In this document: positions 11,956 through 25,440 of the stretch, piece by piece
How the letters are laid out: each line of letters begins with the position of its first letter
How positions within the stretch are numbered: the stretch's first letter is position 1
Position numbers and translations under genes: made by a program
Source: the human T2T-CHM13v2.0 reference genome, Homo sapiens
DNA length: 64,000 nt
NCBI RefSeq assembly: GCF_009914755.1
Contig: NC_060936.1
Direction: 5' to 3' (one strand)
The notes under the pieces: model-generated
Seen by the model: the letters and a program-made list of their open reading frames with translations, nothing else
Database searches by the model: none
Told to the model about the DNA's origin: nothing

Positions 11956-12819
11956 GTGTTTTCCCCATGAAGCCCTGATTGTGCAACCCTGGGTGAGCCA
12001 GCTGCTTCCGCTGTTTTCCAGGAAAGCATGAGTGTCCACCACCTAGAGAGATGATGATGTGAGAAGGGGCAGGGAGAGACCTCTCTGGCTGCCACTCTCT
12101 CACTGCCCCAGGAGCGGAGGCCCCTGGTGCTCAGGAGTTCTTTGGCTGTGTCCGGATCCACCAATTCCCCGCTTCCCTAAGGATGACGGGTAAATCTGGT
12201 GAGACCCGCTGCCCTCCTAATGTTGGAGGAAAGCTGGAGCCCCTCAGTCAACATTTATGGAAGGGATTTAATGCATCATGGGCTGTGAAGGTATAGCCAG
12301 GCCCTCCGTCAGCTCCCTGAGACAGGCCTTGTCTTTTTGCACGCATATGTCTGTTAATAGTTGTAGACCTAGCTGTAGCCATGGGGGTAAGCCTAGTCCT
12401 CCAGCCCCTGAGAGTTTTTTACCACAAGGAGTGAGAACACCAGGATGTGTTTTTTTAGATGTTCTTCTGTAACCCCCAAGCACCTGTAGCTCCCAGGTGT
12501 TTTTACATTGATCTCAGAATTACCCAGAAAACATTCTTTGAAGACCTTGTAGAGTCTGCCATTTGTACTTCTGCTACAAAGAGCAAAAATAAAGCAAATA
12601 AACAAAAAGCCCCTGGAAATCCTATAGTTATCCTAATACATATTTTAAAGTATTACCTATCACTGAGCAAGTGCATCTATACATTTCAATCCTTTTGGAA
12701 AATATACTTTCTCAAACTTCATGTTGTATCCCTCTAAAGTTAGTTAGCACATATTGTACATTCAGAAGAAATGTTCATTTACAGCAAGGCATAGGTTTTT
12801 TTTCCTCTAAAAGAAATTT

Positions 12820-13114
12820 GACCAGGTATGGTGGCTCATGCTTATATTCTCAACATTTTAGGAGGCCAAGGCAGGAGGATCACTTGAAGCCAGGAGTTCT
12901 AGACTATCCTGAGCAACAAAGTGAGACCCTGTCTCTATAAAAAAATAAAATAAATTAGCTGGATGTGGTAATGTGTGCCTGTAGTCCCAGTTACCCAGGA
13001 GGCTGGGGCAGTAGGATCCCCTGAGTCTAGGAGTTTGAGGCTGCAGTGAGCTATGATCATGCCACTGTACTTCACGCTGGGCAACAGAGTGAGACCTCTG
13101 TCTCTAAACAAAAA
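12820..13114 (+). mobile_element. AluJ SINE
   Basis: ggtggctcatgc...ggaggatcacttgaagccaggagttc...gaggctgcagtgagctatgatc...gagtgagacc. Confidence 0.93.
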
Positions 13115-13266
13115 GGAAGGAAGGAAAGAGGGAAGAAAGGAAGGGAAGAGAGAGAGAAGGAAAGGAAGGGAGAGGGAGAAGGAGGGAAAAGAAAAAGGGA
13201 GAGAAATTGATGCAGGAAGAAGAAAGAAAGAAAATAAAAGAAAGGGAAAGAAACTGATGAAGGAGG
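13115..13266. repeat. GA-rich polypurine tract grown from the Alu tail
   Basis: ggaaggaaggaaagagggaagaaagg... almost only G/A. Confidence 0.9.
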
Positions 13267-13679
13267 AACTGGGTACCTAGAAGTGGTTGAATGAAATAAT
13301 CCTGTAAAGTCATCTAAGGTTCCCATCTCATTCCTTGCCTTTTATTTCTTGCCATCACCTATGGCCACTTCTTGCTTGTTCATGTCACTTTCTTTGTCAG
13401 TTTGGAATGGGCCCTGCCTGGCTGATGGCTTTGGAGAGGACAGCAGACAGTCATTAGAGACTAGAAGCTGCCAAGCGAGGCAACGTGACAGAGCACACAG
13501 CTTTATGCCTTTTTCTTAGTCTACTCTCAGCTTGGAAATGTAGGAGTTATAGTGACACAGCTCAGTCAGCCTCTTCCTCCCCCGATCCTGGATCATCCAC
13601 TCTGCCTCTCCCTCCCCCAGTCCCAGATCATCCTGTTTTCCTAGACCATTCCTTGCCCTGACAAATTTCTATTACTCTC

Positions 13680-14110
13680 AGGTTAAAGCCCAACTAACCC
13701 TGACCAGGCTGCAAGGCCCTGCGTGATCTGGCCCTGTCCCTTGCTCTTTGTCTTGGACTGCCCTTGCCCACACCAACTCCTTAGCATTCTACAGAGGTGC
13801 CATCCTCTTCTCTCCTGGCCTTTGCCCATGCCACTCCCTGAAACACTCCTTCTATCTCTCTTATCCCAGCTGATGGCTCTTTCCTAGGTCTTATCTCCCT
13901 GGGGTCTTTTCTTGAACTCCTCAAATCTGGATGAGATGTCCCTCATATGTGCCCTCATGACATCCGTTTTGAAACTTCTATCACATCACCTTGTTTGTAT
14001 GCATCATTTGTCAATAAGCCCACGAGATCAGAGCCCATCTTGGTTTTGAGCTTATGAACATAGTGTTGGGAGTAGGTTTGGTGCTCCATAAATATCTGTT
14101 GATTGAAGGA
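13680..14110 (+). mobile_element. L2 LINE fragment incl. 3' end
   Basis: caaggccctgcgtgatctggccc ... gcctttgcccatgcc ... gtgctccataaatatctgttgattgaa. Confidence 0.7.
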
Positions 14111-14989
14111 GTGCGTGGAAAACAGAATTTGGTCTTTGATTTTTTTCTGTGTTTGGCTCAGTGTCTGATGCTCTCCCGAGCATTCTTATCAGTCCACAGG
14201 ATTTTGCAGGACTATTAGCAGAGGGTAATGCATATCTGCAATATTGTCAGACATCGCCTGTTGTTAGACGTTTGCTTATGCAGGGAAAACAATATGGAGT
14301 TTTTAATTTTTAGTTGGAAATTCAGAATATTAAGTTACACATAACCTGCAGTGGTTTGGTTTTTAAATTGAGTTTCTGCTTGTTGTTAAACCCAACCCGA
14401 ATCAACTAAAGGGAGGTCTATTCTCTCTACAAGGACACTGTGGCTCTCTGGATATTCCTGTAAGACAGGAAAAACGATCACAGATCAATTCTAGTTGCTG
14501 CCTCTGAGAAAGAAGAACAAGATAGATGGGTCTGGCTTTGTGAGGAACCTTTCTCTCTCTCCTCCCTCCTCCTGCCTCTCTCTCTGCCAATAATTACAAA
14601 GCTGAACTGAACTGCTACTGAGAATCCAAGTTCTTTCCTGGCTCTGACTAAGAGAACATAGATAGCATATGCATCTAGATTCTTTGGCTGTATACGGACA
14701 TATATACATGCACACACATACACTCTGTCTTTGGCCTGAAATGACGGCACTGCACTAAGACCTGTTGTTTGTTTCTTAAGCAGATGGATGGCTAGATTTT
14801 TCTTTATATGAATCTTTCATGATTACTTTTACTAGGACAGAGCTAAAAGAACATGGGATGTGAAGTCCAGTGAGTTGGATTGATTGGATGTATGCGTATT
14901 GAGCACCTGTTACATGCTGGACATTATCAGAATTATCCGGGTGAAGAAGATGAGGCCTCTGATTGAAGTGGCTTGCTGTGTAATGTGGT

Positions 14990-15135
14990 TACACTAGTGC
15001 CACTTACTCTATAACTTTGGCGGACAAATTACTGGACCTCTTTAAACTTCCCATTGCTTAACCGTAAAATTAGGATAGTAGCACCTACTTTATAGTGTTT
15101 CCAAGAGCATCTACCATGATAATGTTTGTAAAATT
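14990..15135 (+). mobile_element. MIR SINE fragment
   Basis: gccacttact...taactttgg...gtaaaattaggatagtagcacctact. Confidence 0.65.
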
Positions 15136-15884
15136 CACTTGACATACACCTGCTCATCCTTGACATCTCCCAGTGCAGTCACCGGAGCGCCTCCCAGCGT
15201 CCTCTGGCACAGGTAGGTGCTTCCCCTCGTGCAGTTCTCTGCTTGGACACTTCACTCCGTGCTGTCAGCACCCTTTGCTTCTGTTCCTGCACTTGTGCCA
15301 AACCCTTTGGATGAAGAGCCTCGTTGTGCCCATCTCTGGATTCCTAGTGCCAAGCATGGGGTCCAGCACTTGACACATGGCTGTTGCTGAATAAATTAAA
15401 GAACAAGGATTATGGATGGCCAGGTACCATGCATATCACATCCTTATTATAAGAACTTTGGGCCAGAAAACAGAACAAAAAGGGAGAGTGCTTTGAGGCC
15501 CTGGAGATCAGAGCAAATCTCGGCAATATCACGCTCCAATTTGAAGGCTGTAAGTGTGTGCTGATTTTTAGCATGGATGCTGATCAACTGCCCGAGGTAA
15601 AGGAACCTCTTGAGGTCAGGAAGGAGGTCTGTATGTTTAGTCTGGAGGTCAGTCTACATTTTGGTTAGCTACCAAAACTAACAGACCTAGGTGGTTGGCA
15701 ATTAGAGGCGCATTTTGATTGTTTTATGCCATATACTCTACAACTCACATGGCAGCACTTTTTTCCTCCTGATTTCCTTTCCCTTTGCAGGAAGAAATGT
15801 GTTTCTCCTTTTCTTGGAATCTCCTTATTTTCTGCTCCGATTATATCCCTTTTTTCTGCTGTTCCTACAATTTCAAGAATTAAT

Positions 15885-16376
15885 ATGAGTTATGAGGGTT
15901 CTCCAGAGAAACAGAACCACAAGGAGATAATGTATTTATTTATTATGAGAAATTGGCTCACGTGATTATGGAGACTGAGAAGTCCCATGATCTGCCATCT
16001 GCAAGTTGGAGACCCAGGAAAGCCACTGGTGTCATTCAATCAGAGTCCAAAGGCCTGAGAACCAGGGGAATTGATGGTATAAATATATCCCAGTTTGGGG
16101 ATTGGAGAAGATGAGATGAGATGTCCCAATGTAAGCTGTGAGGCAGGGGAAAAAAAGGGAGTGACTGGTGAATTCTTCCTTCCTCTGCGTCTTGTTCTTG
16201 TTCTGTTCAGGCCCATAATGGATTAGATAGTGCCCACCCACATTGGGGAGGGAGACTGCTTTACTGTTCAGGAGCTAATCTCTCCGGAAACACCCTCCTA
16301 GACACACCCAGAAATAATGTGTAATCTGGGCACCCCATAATCCGAGTCAAATTGACATATAAAATTAACCATCACA
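15885..16376 (-). mobile_element. MLT2B-like solo LTR (ERVL)
   Basis: agggttctccagagaaacagaacc at one end; gtcaaattgacatataaaattaaccatcaca (reverse complement of the MLT2 start tgtgatggttaatttt) at the other. Confidence 0.9.
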
Positions 16377-18849
16377 GATATTAATGTCATTGAGGTTGAA
16401 AGGAGAGTGTTCTTGTCCTTAGTGTGTGTTTGTGTAAATACAATTTCTAACACAATCTGAGTGTGCAGGAAATAAGGAATAAGCACTTTAGGGGAAAAGA
16501 TCATGTCTCAAAGGATCATTTTTTTTTCTTTACCCACCCCTTTGACTCTCAGCATTGAAATCAAAGTAAGGCCCTGAGCAGCTATATAGTAGAAGAAAGA
16601 AAGAAAAAAGTAAGACCAGATGGTTGTTTGGAAAGAAACAGCCACTCTTAGCAGTTATGCACAGCATAGGTAGAGTAAGTTCTTAGTGCTCGATAAATGA
16701 ATCAATGGTTGCACTTTTTAGAAAGACCATTTCTTCTTCGGTAAAGCTTGCTAGTTCTTCTCACAGATTCTCTTTTCATCCGTTCCATAGGTTCTGCACA
16801 CTGGTGAAGGGTAGGAACAGAGTGATCTTTTCTTTCCTTCTTGCTGGGTTTGCCACAAAGCATGTTGAATGGTCTTGATGTTTCTCCGGTCTATAAATAA
16901 ATACTTTTTTAAATGGAGCCATCATGGGATCTGACTCTATTTATTCTTGTCACTCTCTTCTCTCCTCCCACAGGGAAATGGCACATTTAGGAAGAGTTTC
17001 CATTATTTGTAACATTTGATGATTTGTGTCTTTCATAGACCATGTATCAGAGGTGGAGAAACAGCTTCTTAACTTTCAGACTTGCTTGTTCTTGACTCCA
17101 TGAGCCATCTAGGAGAGTTACCCCATTTCTGTAGGCATCCATCAGTATTCATCCTCTGTGTTCACACGCTTTCTCATTATATTACTCTTCTCAAGTTTAC
17201 AAATCTCTTCTCATTGATTTCATTTTAGTTTGGCATCATGGTCTAGTGAGACTAACACTTGGCTGGGAATTGGGACTAACTGTGTCCTTGGATAAGACTC
17301 TTACCATTCTGGGCTTGTAGTTTTTCTCTGTAAAAGTTGAGACATCCAGCTTGATAGTTCTCTGGCTATAAGGGCATTTTGACCTCCGAATACTGAAAGG
17401 ATGCAGGTAGGGGTTGCAATCTTTCATGCTCTGTACTTTGCAAGAGTAATTTGGTCAGCTATCTGAGGCATTCCCATGAGAACCAAATGGAACTACTCTG
17501 GCCCCTTCAGATAGAAACTGTTAGAAATAAAAAGCTTACACTTGTTGGGGGGCAGGCAGTATATTTTACATCTGCTGATAATATGCTAGAACCAAATTGC
17601 AAAGTGTACCCATGTATGTTATTTAGTATTTTCATTGTTCACATTTTTCTCATTTCTAAACTATGTTGAATAGTGGAATATTTTGCTTCCTTTGGTTTTG
17701 TTTGAGAACCTCTTCTCCCCTTAGTGATGGTGCTGTAGCTGTCGTCAGCCCAAAAGGTCCATACTACATGTTCAGCTAGGACAGGGACCACATCAGGGCA
17801 GGCATCTCATATAATTTGACTCAGCCCTAATACACTGATTTTCTTACAGCCAAGGATTAACTCTCTCCATTAAAGACTCATGTGAGGGGAAGAACAGATA
17901 GCAAAGTGTTTGCTAAAATGATGAACTGTCCCTATTTCACCTTCAGGCAGCAAAATCATCTGCTTAGAAACTAATTAGAGCATTTTCCCCAGGCGTTGGT
18001 GATCTACTTCTACCTGCCTATGATCTCTTAGACAGTAGTTGTACCATGTTCAGGAACTGGCCATAAAGCAGCCCTCTCCCTAGCCTGTCTCCCTCTAATA
18101 GAAGAAGGCTGAGAGTGGCTCATTCCTTCAGATGAATCTCAGACCTTTTATTTCAGATTCATTTAAGGGCATTTACTTCTCTGTGATGCTCCTTACTTTC
18201 TGTTCTTTAAAATCTTCTTTGCTTTTGGATCCCAGGGTAGACAAGGAAAATGTTGCACCATCATATATAGGTAGGTAGGAGACTTTAAGGTGCTCAAAGC
18301 CTGGTCGACATTTTCTGGTGGCACAGATGAAGCCATTTTCTATGGAAGCCTCCTAGGCAAGACTCTGTCCTGCATCCCACTGAGTATAGACCTAATTTCT
18401 TTCTCATATGGATGGAGGAATAAGCATGGTCATTTATCATGCTGAGGCAGCTGTAAGCCGTCTGCATCCGGGTTCCATTGCAATTGGAACAGTAGCAAAT
18501 CCATTGGGTTTCTTTGTTTTTCAGGGTAATTTTCTTTCCCTTACAGTGTACTACAGATTTGGGGTCTGTGGTCTTAAGTGAACATTTACATAAAGTTAGC
18601 TATTTATGATTTTAAACAAATTTCATGCCCCTTTCTGCTGTGTTGTTGGTATTTTTGGTTTCTATGTATCATAAACCACAGAAGTTCAGTGACTTCCATG
18701 GAATGATGTGGAAAATCAGGAAGTAAGACTGAAATTAAGAATGAAAATTTCTGACTATATGTGTCATGCTCATTTTCACCACTGTTTAAGGTCTTTCAGA
18801 CCACAATTTAGTGAATAAATCTATATAGCAAATTTTTTAAATTCTCACG

Positions 18850-20252
18850 TTTTATTTATTATTATTATTATCATTTATTATTATACTTTAAGTTCTGGGA
18901 TACATGTGCAGAATGTGCAGGTTTGTTACATAGTTATACACGTGCCATGGTAGTTTGCTGCACCCATCAGCCCGTCATCTACATTAGGTATTTCTCCTTA
19001 TGCTATTTCTCTCCTAGCCCCCACCCACTGACAGGCCCCAGTGTGTGATGTTCCCCTCCGTGTCCATGTGTTCTCATGTTCAACTCCCATTTATGAGTGA
19101 GAACATGCAGTGTTAGGCTTTCTGTTCCTGTGTTAGTTTGCTGAGAATGATGGTTTCCAGCTTCAACCATGTTCCTGCAAAGGACATGAGCTCATCCTTT
19201 TTTATGGCTGCATAGTATTCCGTGGTATATATGTGCCATATTTTCTTTATCCAGTCTATCATTGATGAACATTTGGGTTGGTTCCAAGTCTTTGCTATTG
19301 TGAACAGTGTCACAATAAACATACGTGTGCATGTGTCTTTATAGTAGAATGATTTATTACCCTTTGGGTATATACCTAGTAATGGGATTGCTGGGTCAAA
19401 TGGTATTTCTGGTTCTAGATCCTTGAGGAATCGCCGCACTGTCCACAATGGTTGAACTAATTTACACTCCCACCAACAGTGTAAAAGCATTCCTATTTCT
19501 CCACATCCTCTCCAGCATCTTTTGTTTCCTGACTTTTTAATGATCGCCATTCTAACTGGTGTGAGATGGTATCTCATTGTGGTTTTGATTTGCATTTCTG
19601 TAATGACCAGTGATGATGAGCTTTTTTTCGTATGTTTGTTGACCGCATAAATGTCTTCTTTTGAGAAGTGTCTGTTCATATCCTTTGCCTACTTTTAGAT
19701 GGGGTTGTTTTTTCCTTGTAAATTTGTTTTAAGTTCCTTCTAGATTCTGGATATTAGCCCTTTGTCAGATGGATAGATTGCAAAAATTTTCTCCTGCTCT
19801 GTAGGTTGTCTGCTCACTCTAATGATAGTTTCTTTTGCTGAGCAGAAGCTCTTTAGTTTAATTAGATCCCATTTGTCAATTTTGGCTTTTGTTGCCATGC
19901 TTTTGGAGTTTTAGTCATAAAGTCTTTGCCCATGCCTATGACCTGAATGGTATTGCCTAGGTTTTCTTCAAGGGTTTTTATGGTTTTATAGGTTTTTATG
20001 GACCTAAAACCATAAAAAGTCTTTAATCCATCTTGAGTTAATTTTTGTATAAGGTGTAAGGAAGGGGTTTCAGTTTTCTGCATATGGCTAGCCAGTTTTC
20101 CCAACACAACTTATTAAATAGGGAATCCTTTCCCCATTGCTTGTTTTTGTCAGGTTTGTCAAAGATCAGATGGTTCTAGTCGTGTGGTGTTATTTCTGAG
20201 GCCTCTGTTCTGTTCATTGTTCTATATATCAGTTTTGGTACCAGTACCATGC
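18850..20252 (-). mobile_element. 5'-truncated L1PA LINE (~1.4 kb: ORF2 C-terminus + 3'UTR)
   Basis: ttattatactttaagttctgggatacatgtgcagaatgtgcaggtttgttaca is the antisense L1PA 3' end; ORF2 peptide homology. Confidence 0.97.
19113..19679 (-). pseudogene. L1 ORF2p C-terminal remnant (188 aa open frame; no endonuclease or RT core)
   Basis: [11 protein letters not shown]...[18 protein letters not shown]...[13 protein letters not shown]...[14 protein letters not shown]...KTWNQPKC...[10 protein letters not shown]. Confidence 0.93.
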
Positions 20253-20361
20253 TTATACAGCATATTTTTGTTTGCACTTTCATTGTGAATGCTAATTGTT
20301 TTTACTTAAAGATTCCTCCTTGAGTAGATTCAATAATTCAAACTGGACATGAACATGTGAC

Positions 20362-20637
20362 TTTTTGAGATGGAATCGCTCTCTCGCCCAGGCTTGAATG
20401 CAGTGGATTGATCTCTGCTCACTACACCCAGGTTCAAGCAATTCTCTTGCCTCAGCCTCCCAAATAGTGGGGATTACAGGCGCGCTCCACCATGCCTGGC
20501 TGATTTTTGTATTTTTAGTAGAGACGGGGTTTTGCCATGTTGGCCAGGCTGGTCTTGATCCCCTGACCTCAAGTGATCCGCCAGCCTTGGCCTTTCAAAG
20601 TGCTGGGATTACAGGCATGAGCTACTGAGCCAGGCCA
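20362..20637 (-). mobile_element. AluS SINE
   Basis: gagatggaatcgctctctcgcccaggct...gacctcaagtgatccgcc...gctgggattacaggcatgagc. Confidence 0.95.
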
Positions 20638-21759
20638 TGTTTGAATTTTTACAAGACTAATTTAATTTCACATTTCATAGGTAACACATAGACTTAGCCA
20701 CATTTTTCATATTGGTGCCTCCATGGTAGATAAGACATTGAAACTATAATGCAACTAAGATCAAATTTTTTAAATGTCAGAATAACTTTAATAAATAAAT
20801 TTGCTCATCCTTTTTTGATGGACCCTAACAATGATCAGTTTTTAGCCATGATGTTATCTGCCACTAGACTGTATTATTTTCTCATTTAACATAGCTTCAT
20901 GGTACTAGGAATGGAAGGAGGAAAGGGGGCATGAACTTCTCAAGACTGCTTTGTAAGTCTATTTCTTTCTTTGATTCCCATACCTCAAGGAACTGAGAGC
21001 AAACTTTGAGCCTGAGTGTAAAGTTTGTTTTCCTGGAAATGTCACCAGGCTGTAAACTCAGAAACAGATTGCCCCCAAAAAATTCCCTAAAGGGCTCTTT
21101 ACTTTTTTCTTGTGTTACCTTTTTTTCCTGTGGCATTCTGTCTCATAATATGAACCTCATATAGTTGCCTCCCAAACTTTTCTGTTTAGCTTTTTTTTTT
21201 CTCTCCAAGAGGAATTTCTTTAAGTACACTATGGAAATGTGCATAAAGATGAAAGCCTGACTTTTCTAAACACTGTGTTATAAAATTAATTGACAATTAA
21301 TTCAACAGATGTGTATTGCCACATGGATAGAGGGTAAAGGTAGTCATTTGTCACTGACTTCGACAACTGAGAAAAAAGTGATTCAAGGGAGTTGGCCCTG
21401 CATGTAAGGAATTTCAGGAACAATGTGGTCAATTAATTTTACTTAAGATGAATGTAAACATCATGTGTACATGCAGTTCTTTCAATAAATACAAAATAAT
21501 TGTAAATGATAAAGTGGCAGATAAATCTTAGTGGCAGATAAACCAGTGCCTCTAACAATCCGCTTCTGCCCTGTGGCATTTTTTGAAATGTTACTAATTT
21601 GACAGACTAAATGAGCATCCAGTGTTATTTAGCTTTTAAAACATATTATTTGTGTTTTTTTCCTTTAATATTTTGCTTAGAAAGTCTTTCTCTACTCTAA
21701 GGTCAAATAAATGTTCAGTTAAATAGATGGAATATTACCTGTTTCATTTTTACATTCAG

Positions 21760-22085
21760 GCCTTAAGATTTTATTAGAGAAACTTCCACACATATTCAGA
21801 AGTGATGAGAACAGTATAATGAATTATATGTACTCATCACTCGGCTTCAACAGTGATCACTACGTGACTAATCTTGTTTTATCTGTATGCTTACATCCTT
21901 CTCACCCTTCCCCTTCCCTATTATTTTGAAGTACTAGTCACTCAGAATTTCAGCTATAAATACTTCAGGTTGTGTCTTTAACAGACTTAAAAACCAAGCA
22001 AGCAAAATGTCATTATTACACCTAATAAAGCTAACGGTCATGTTTTCATATTATCTAATTAATACCTAGAGTTCAAATAAAATGC
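21760..22085 (-). mobile_element. Old L1 (L1ME-like) 3' fragment
   Basis: gagaacagtataatgaa...gtactcatcactcggcttcaacagt...ttattttgaag resembles antisense L1ME 3'UTR. Confidence 0.6.
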
Positions 22086-22089
22086 CTAG

Positions 22090-22410
22090 TATTTTTGGGG
22101 CTGAAGATACAACCCATAAAAGTAAAGCCTTGGTGTTATAATACCCAAGAGCCAATATTCTAACGTGAGGAAACAGACAAAATGTAAGTAAAATACGAAC
22201 AAGATAATTTCTGCTAACAATCAGTGCTCGGAAAGAAACACAGTAGATGACAGAGAGAGTGACGCAGGGCCAGGGGGATCCTATTCCAGGTCGGTGGTCA
22301 GGGAAGGCCTAGGAGGTGGCATGAGTGTGAGGACCAGGTGAAGGGCAGGAGCTGGCCCAGGGGACAGTGTCCTAAGTGGAGGGATTTGCCACTGCGTGAA
22401 GAGCTTGATG
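22090..22410 (-). mobile_element. L2 LINE fragment
   Basis: gctgaagatac...ggaaacagacaa...ggtggtcagggaaggcct...gaggtggcatgagtg. Confidence 0.65.
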
Positions 22411-23758
22411 GGCCTGCGGAGTGTCATCTAGCTAGGCACCTTTTTCCCTGTTAATGCTGGCTTTAGTTATAGTCATTTGTAATGTGTAGATTTTCAGTGT
22501 CTTAACTTTTCAACAGGGTAAATAGGACCATCCGGAGTACACCAATATTGAGCTTTGTGATACCTTTTGGTCGATTTGTTGATCAGTTATGCTTCATTGT
22601 CCATGAACATTTCAGAAAAAAAAAAAAAAAGGAAAAAAAGAAATGGAAAATTCAGGCTACTTAAATCACGCCTTTGAAACCTAGAAACCCTTAGGGGCAC
22701 AGACCCTTCTTGTGTAATAACAGAGCTCTATTTTCTGCTGGGAAGTTCCCTATTGAGATTTGGGACACTTCCTAATTTTTTCTGGGTAAAATAAAAGTGA
22801 CAACTTTTTTTTCTAATGACTTTTTAATACTTCTTCTTATCTGAGTAAAAACCAGGAAGTGGGAAGCAAATGTACAAAAACCAGCAATACACACACACGT
22901 GTGTGTGTATTTTCATGTACATATGAATGTGTATGTGGGTGATAGGAAGAAGAGAGGATGCATAGAGAAGATGATCTCGATCAAGTTTGATGTAAATGTA
23001 ATAGCAAATTAGAGTACATTCTTGTCTTAATCTTTTCTGTAATAAAGATAAAATGGGGCATTATGTTCATATGATTGAACAAAAGTGGATGATTTCAACC
23101 TTTTTCTTCTCAGCCATTAAAAGAAGAATTTGAAAGAAACAGTCTTTGCATACATATACAGAGAGTTTGTCAGCCTTTCTTCAGACACAGCCAGCCACAG
23201 TCAGACTAAACATTCGAAGACGTTACATTTAGTCCACAGTGGAAGTATTTGTTGATTCACATATTTTCTTTTTACAAGAAAATCTTCAGGGTTAGTATTC
23301 ACCCCTGAATTGGACACAAAGTAAAATTCCATTGTGTTATAAGACAGCTTAAAATATCTTTGATTTAATCCAGAAAATTCTATCACTCTTACTCCTGAAA
23401 AAGGTGCTGGTATTTTAGGCTTTACCAGTCAGCTACATTAAAAGCTGTGGATAGTTTTGCAATTTATGAAATAATTACTCTTCCTCATTTGTCTTCTTGA
23501 TTTGCCCGACATCAATGCTCTTGTGTTCACCAGGGACTAATGATTGTATTTTTCTTCCCAGTGGGTGGGATAGGATACCAGTAGGTGGGATAGAGAGTTT
23601 ATGGTAGATTCAGTTTGTCTTTATTTACTCAAGCACTCTTCCAGGGCCTGGAGCTGTCAAAGGTGAAGTAGGAAATTACTGTTTACATCTGTCGGGAATT
23701 CACTGTTCTGTCTTTCATGAGCTTTCATGCCCTTTAGAGACCATTTTGCACACCTTGA

Positions 23759-24110
<352 letters not shown>

Positions 24111-24174
24111 CTGCTATGACTTTCAATGCTCTGTTGTAGTTTTTTCTTAAAATTTAAGTTTGCTTGGCAATACC

Positions 24175-24472
<298 letters not shown>

Positions 24473-24504
24473 CCCCCACCCCACCGCCCCACCTTTTTTC
24501 TGTT

Positions 24505-24772
24505 CTTTTTTTTTTTTTTTTCAGCTCACTGCAACCTCCGGCTCCCCCCTCCCCACGCCCCCCACCAGGTTCAAACGATTCTCCTGCTTCAGCCTCCCAA
24601 GTAGCTGGGATTATAGGCACATGTCACCATGCCCGGCTAATTTTTGTATTTTTAGTAAAAACGAGGTTTCACCATGTTGGCCAGGCTGGTCTCAAAACTC
24701 CTGAATTCAGATGATCCACCCGCGTCGGCCTCCCAAAGTGCCAACATTACAGGCGTGATCCGCACCCAGCGC
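24505..24772 (-). mobile_element. AluS SINE lacking part of its 3' end, with a C-rich insert
   Basis: Poly-T directly followed by cagctcactgcaacctccg; ends attacaggcgtgatccgcacccagc. Confidence 0.92.
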
Positions 24773-25189
24773 CACCCCCCCTTTTTTTCTTAATAAGAAA
24801 ATGAGTAGACACATCCCTGGGTGCCAATCACTCATGTATCAAGATTGCTGAGTATGAGAAATCAGTAAATTAATATGAAGAACTTAAAACACAGTTCTAG
24901 CCAAAGTAATGCTTAATAAGTACAGTATTGTGCAATTATTGCTAAATAGCATACATTTATTGTGTTCCTCCATTTAAGATACTTTCAAGCATTGTAGGGA
25001 AAGAAAAGCACATAAGCTGTAGTCTTTAGCTTTAACGGACTTGTAGCCTAGTTGAGAGAAGCCATATGTGTAAGATGACGAGTAATAGCACAAAGCAGTG
25101 TGTGATCAGTGCCAAATGCAAATATGTACTAAAGGAGTTTAAAGCACAGAGAAAGTTTGCTGTGAACTGGAATAATGATAACAATGGTA

Positions 25190-25440
25190 GCAACAGCAGC
25201 CAGCATTTACTGAGTGCTTCCCGTGTGCTAAGTACTGATCAAGTCTCTTACAGGTATTCGCTCATTTATTCTTTATGTCAGCCATATAAGAAAGATGTTT
25301 CTATTAGTTTTCCTGCTTTACAGCTCAGAAAACTGAGTGAGGTTAGCTAACAGGCCCAGGGTCCCACACCAGGGAAATGTGGAGTCTGGGCTGCCTGTTA
25401 GAGTCTTGGCTGCCTGACTCCAGAGCCCCAATCTTAGCCA
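25190..25440 (-). mobile_element. MIR SINE
   Basis: catttactgagtgctt...cagaaaactgag...gaggttagctaac...cctgactccagagcccc. Confidence 0.75.

Noticed and set aside
19113-20107. 188-aa ORF as a functional gene
   Set aside because: C-terminal piece of a 5'-truncated, frameshifted L1 ORF2
22615-22640. Orphan poly-A runs (also 45571-45586, 51969-51990) as processed-pseudogene tails
   Set aside because: No upstream mRNA-like body or TSD recognised; they matter only as oligo-dT mispriming sites
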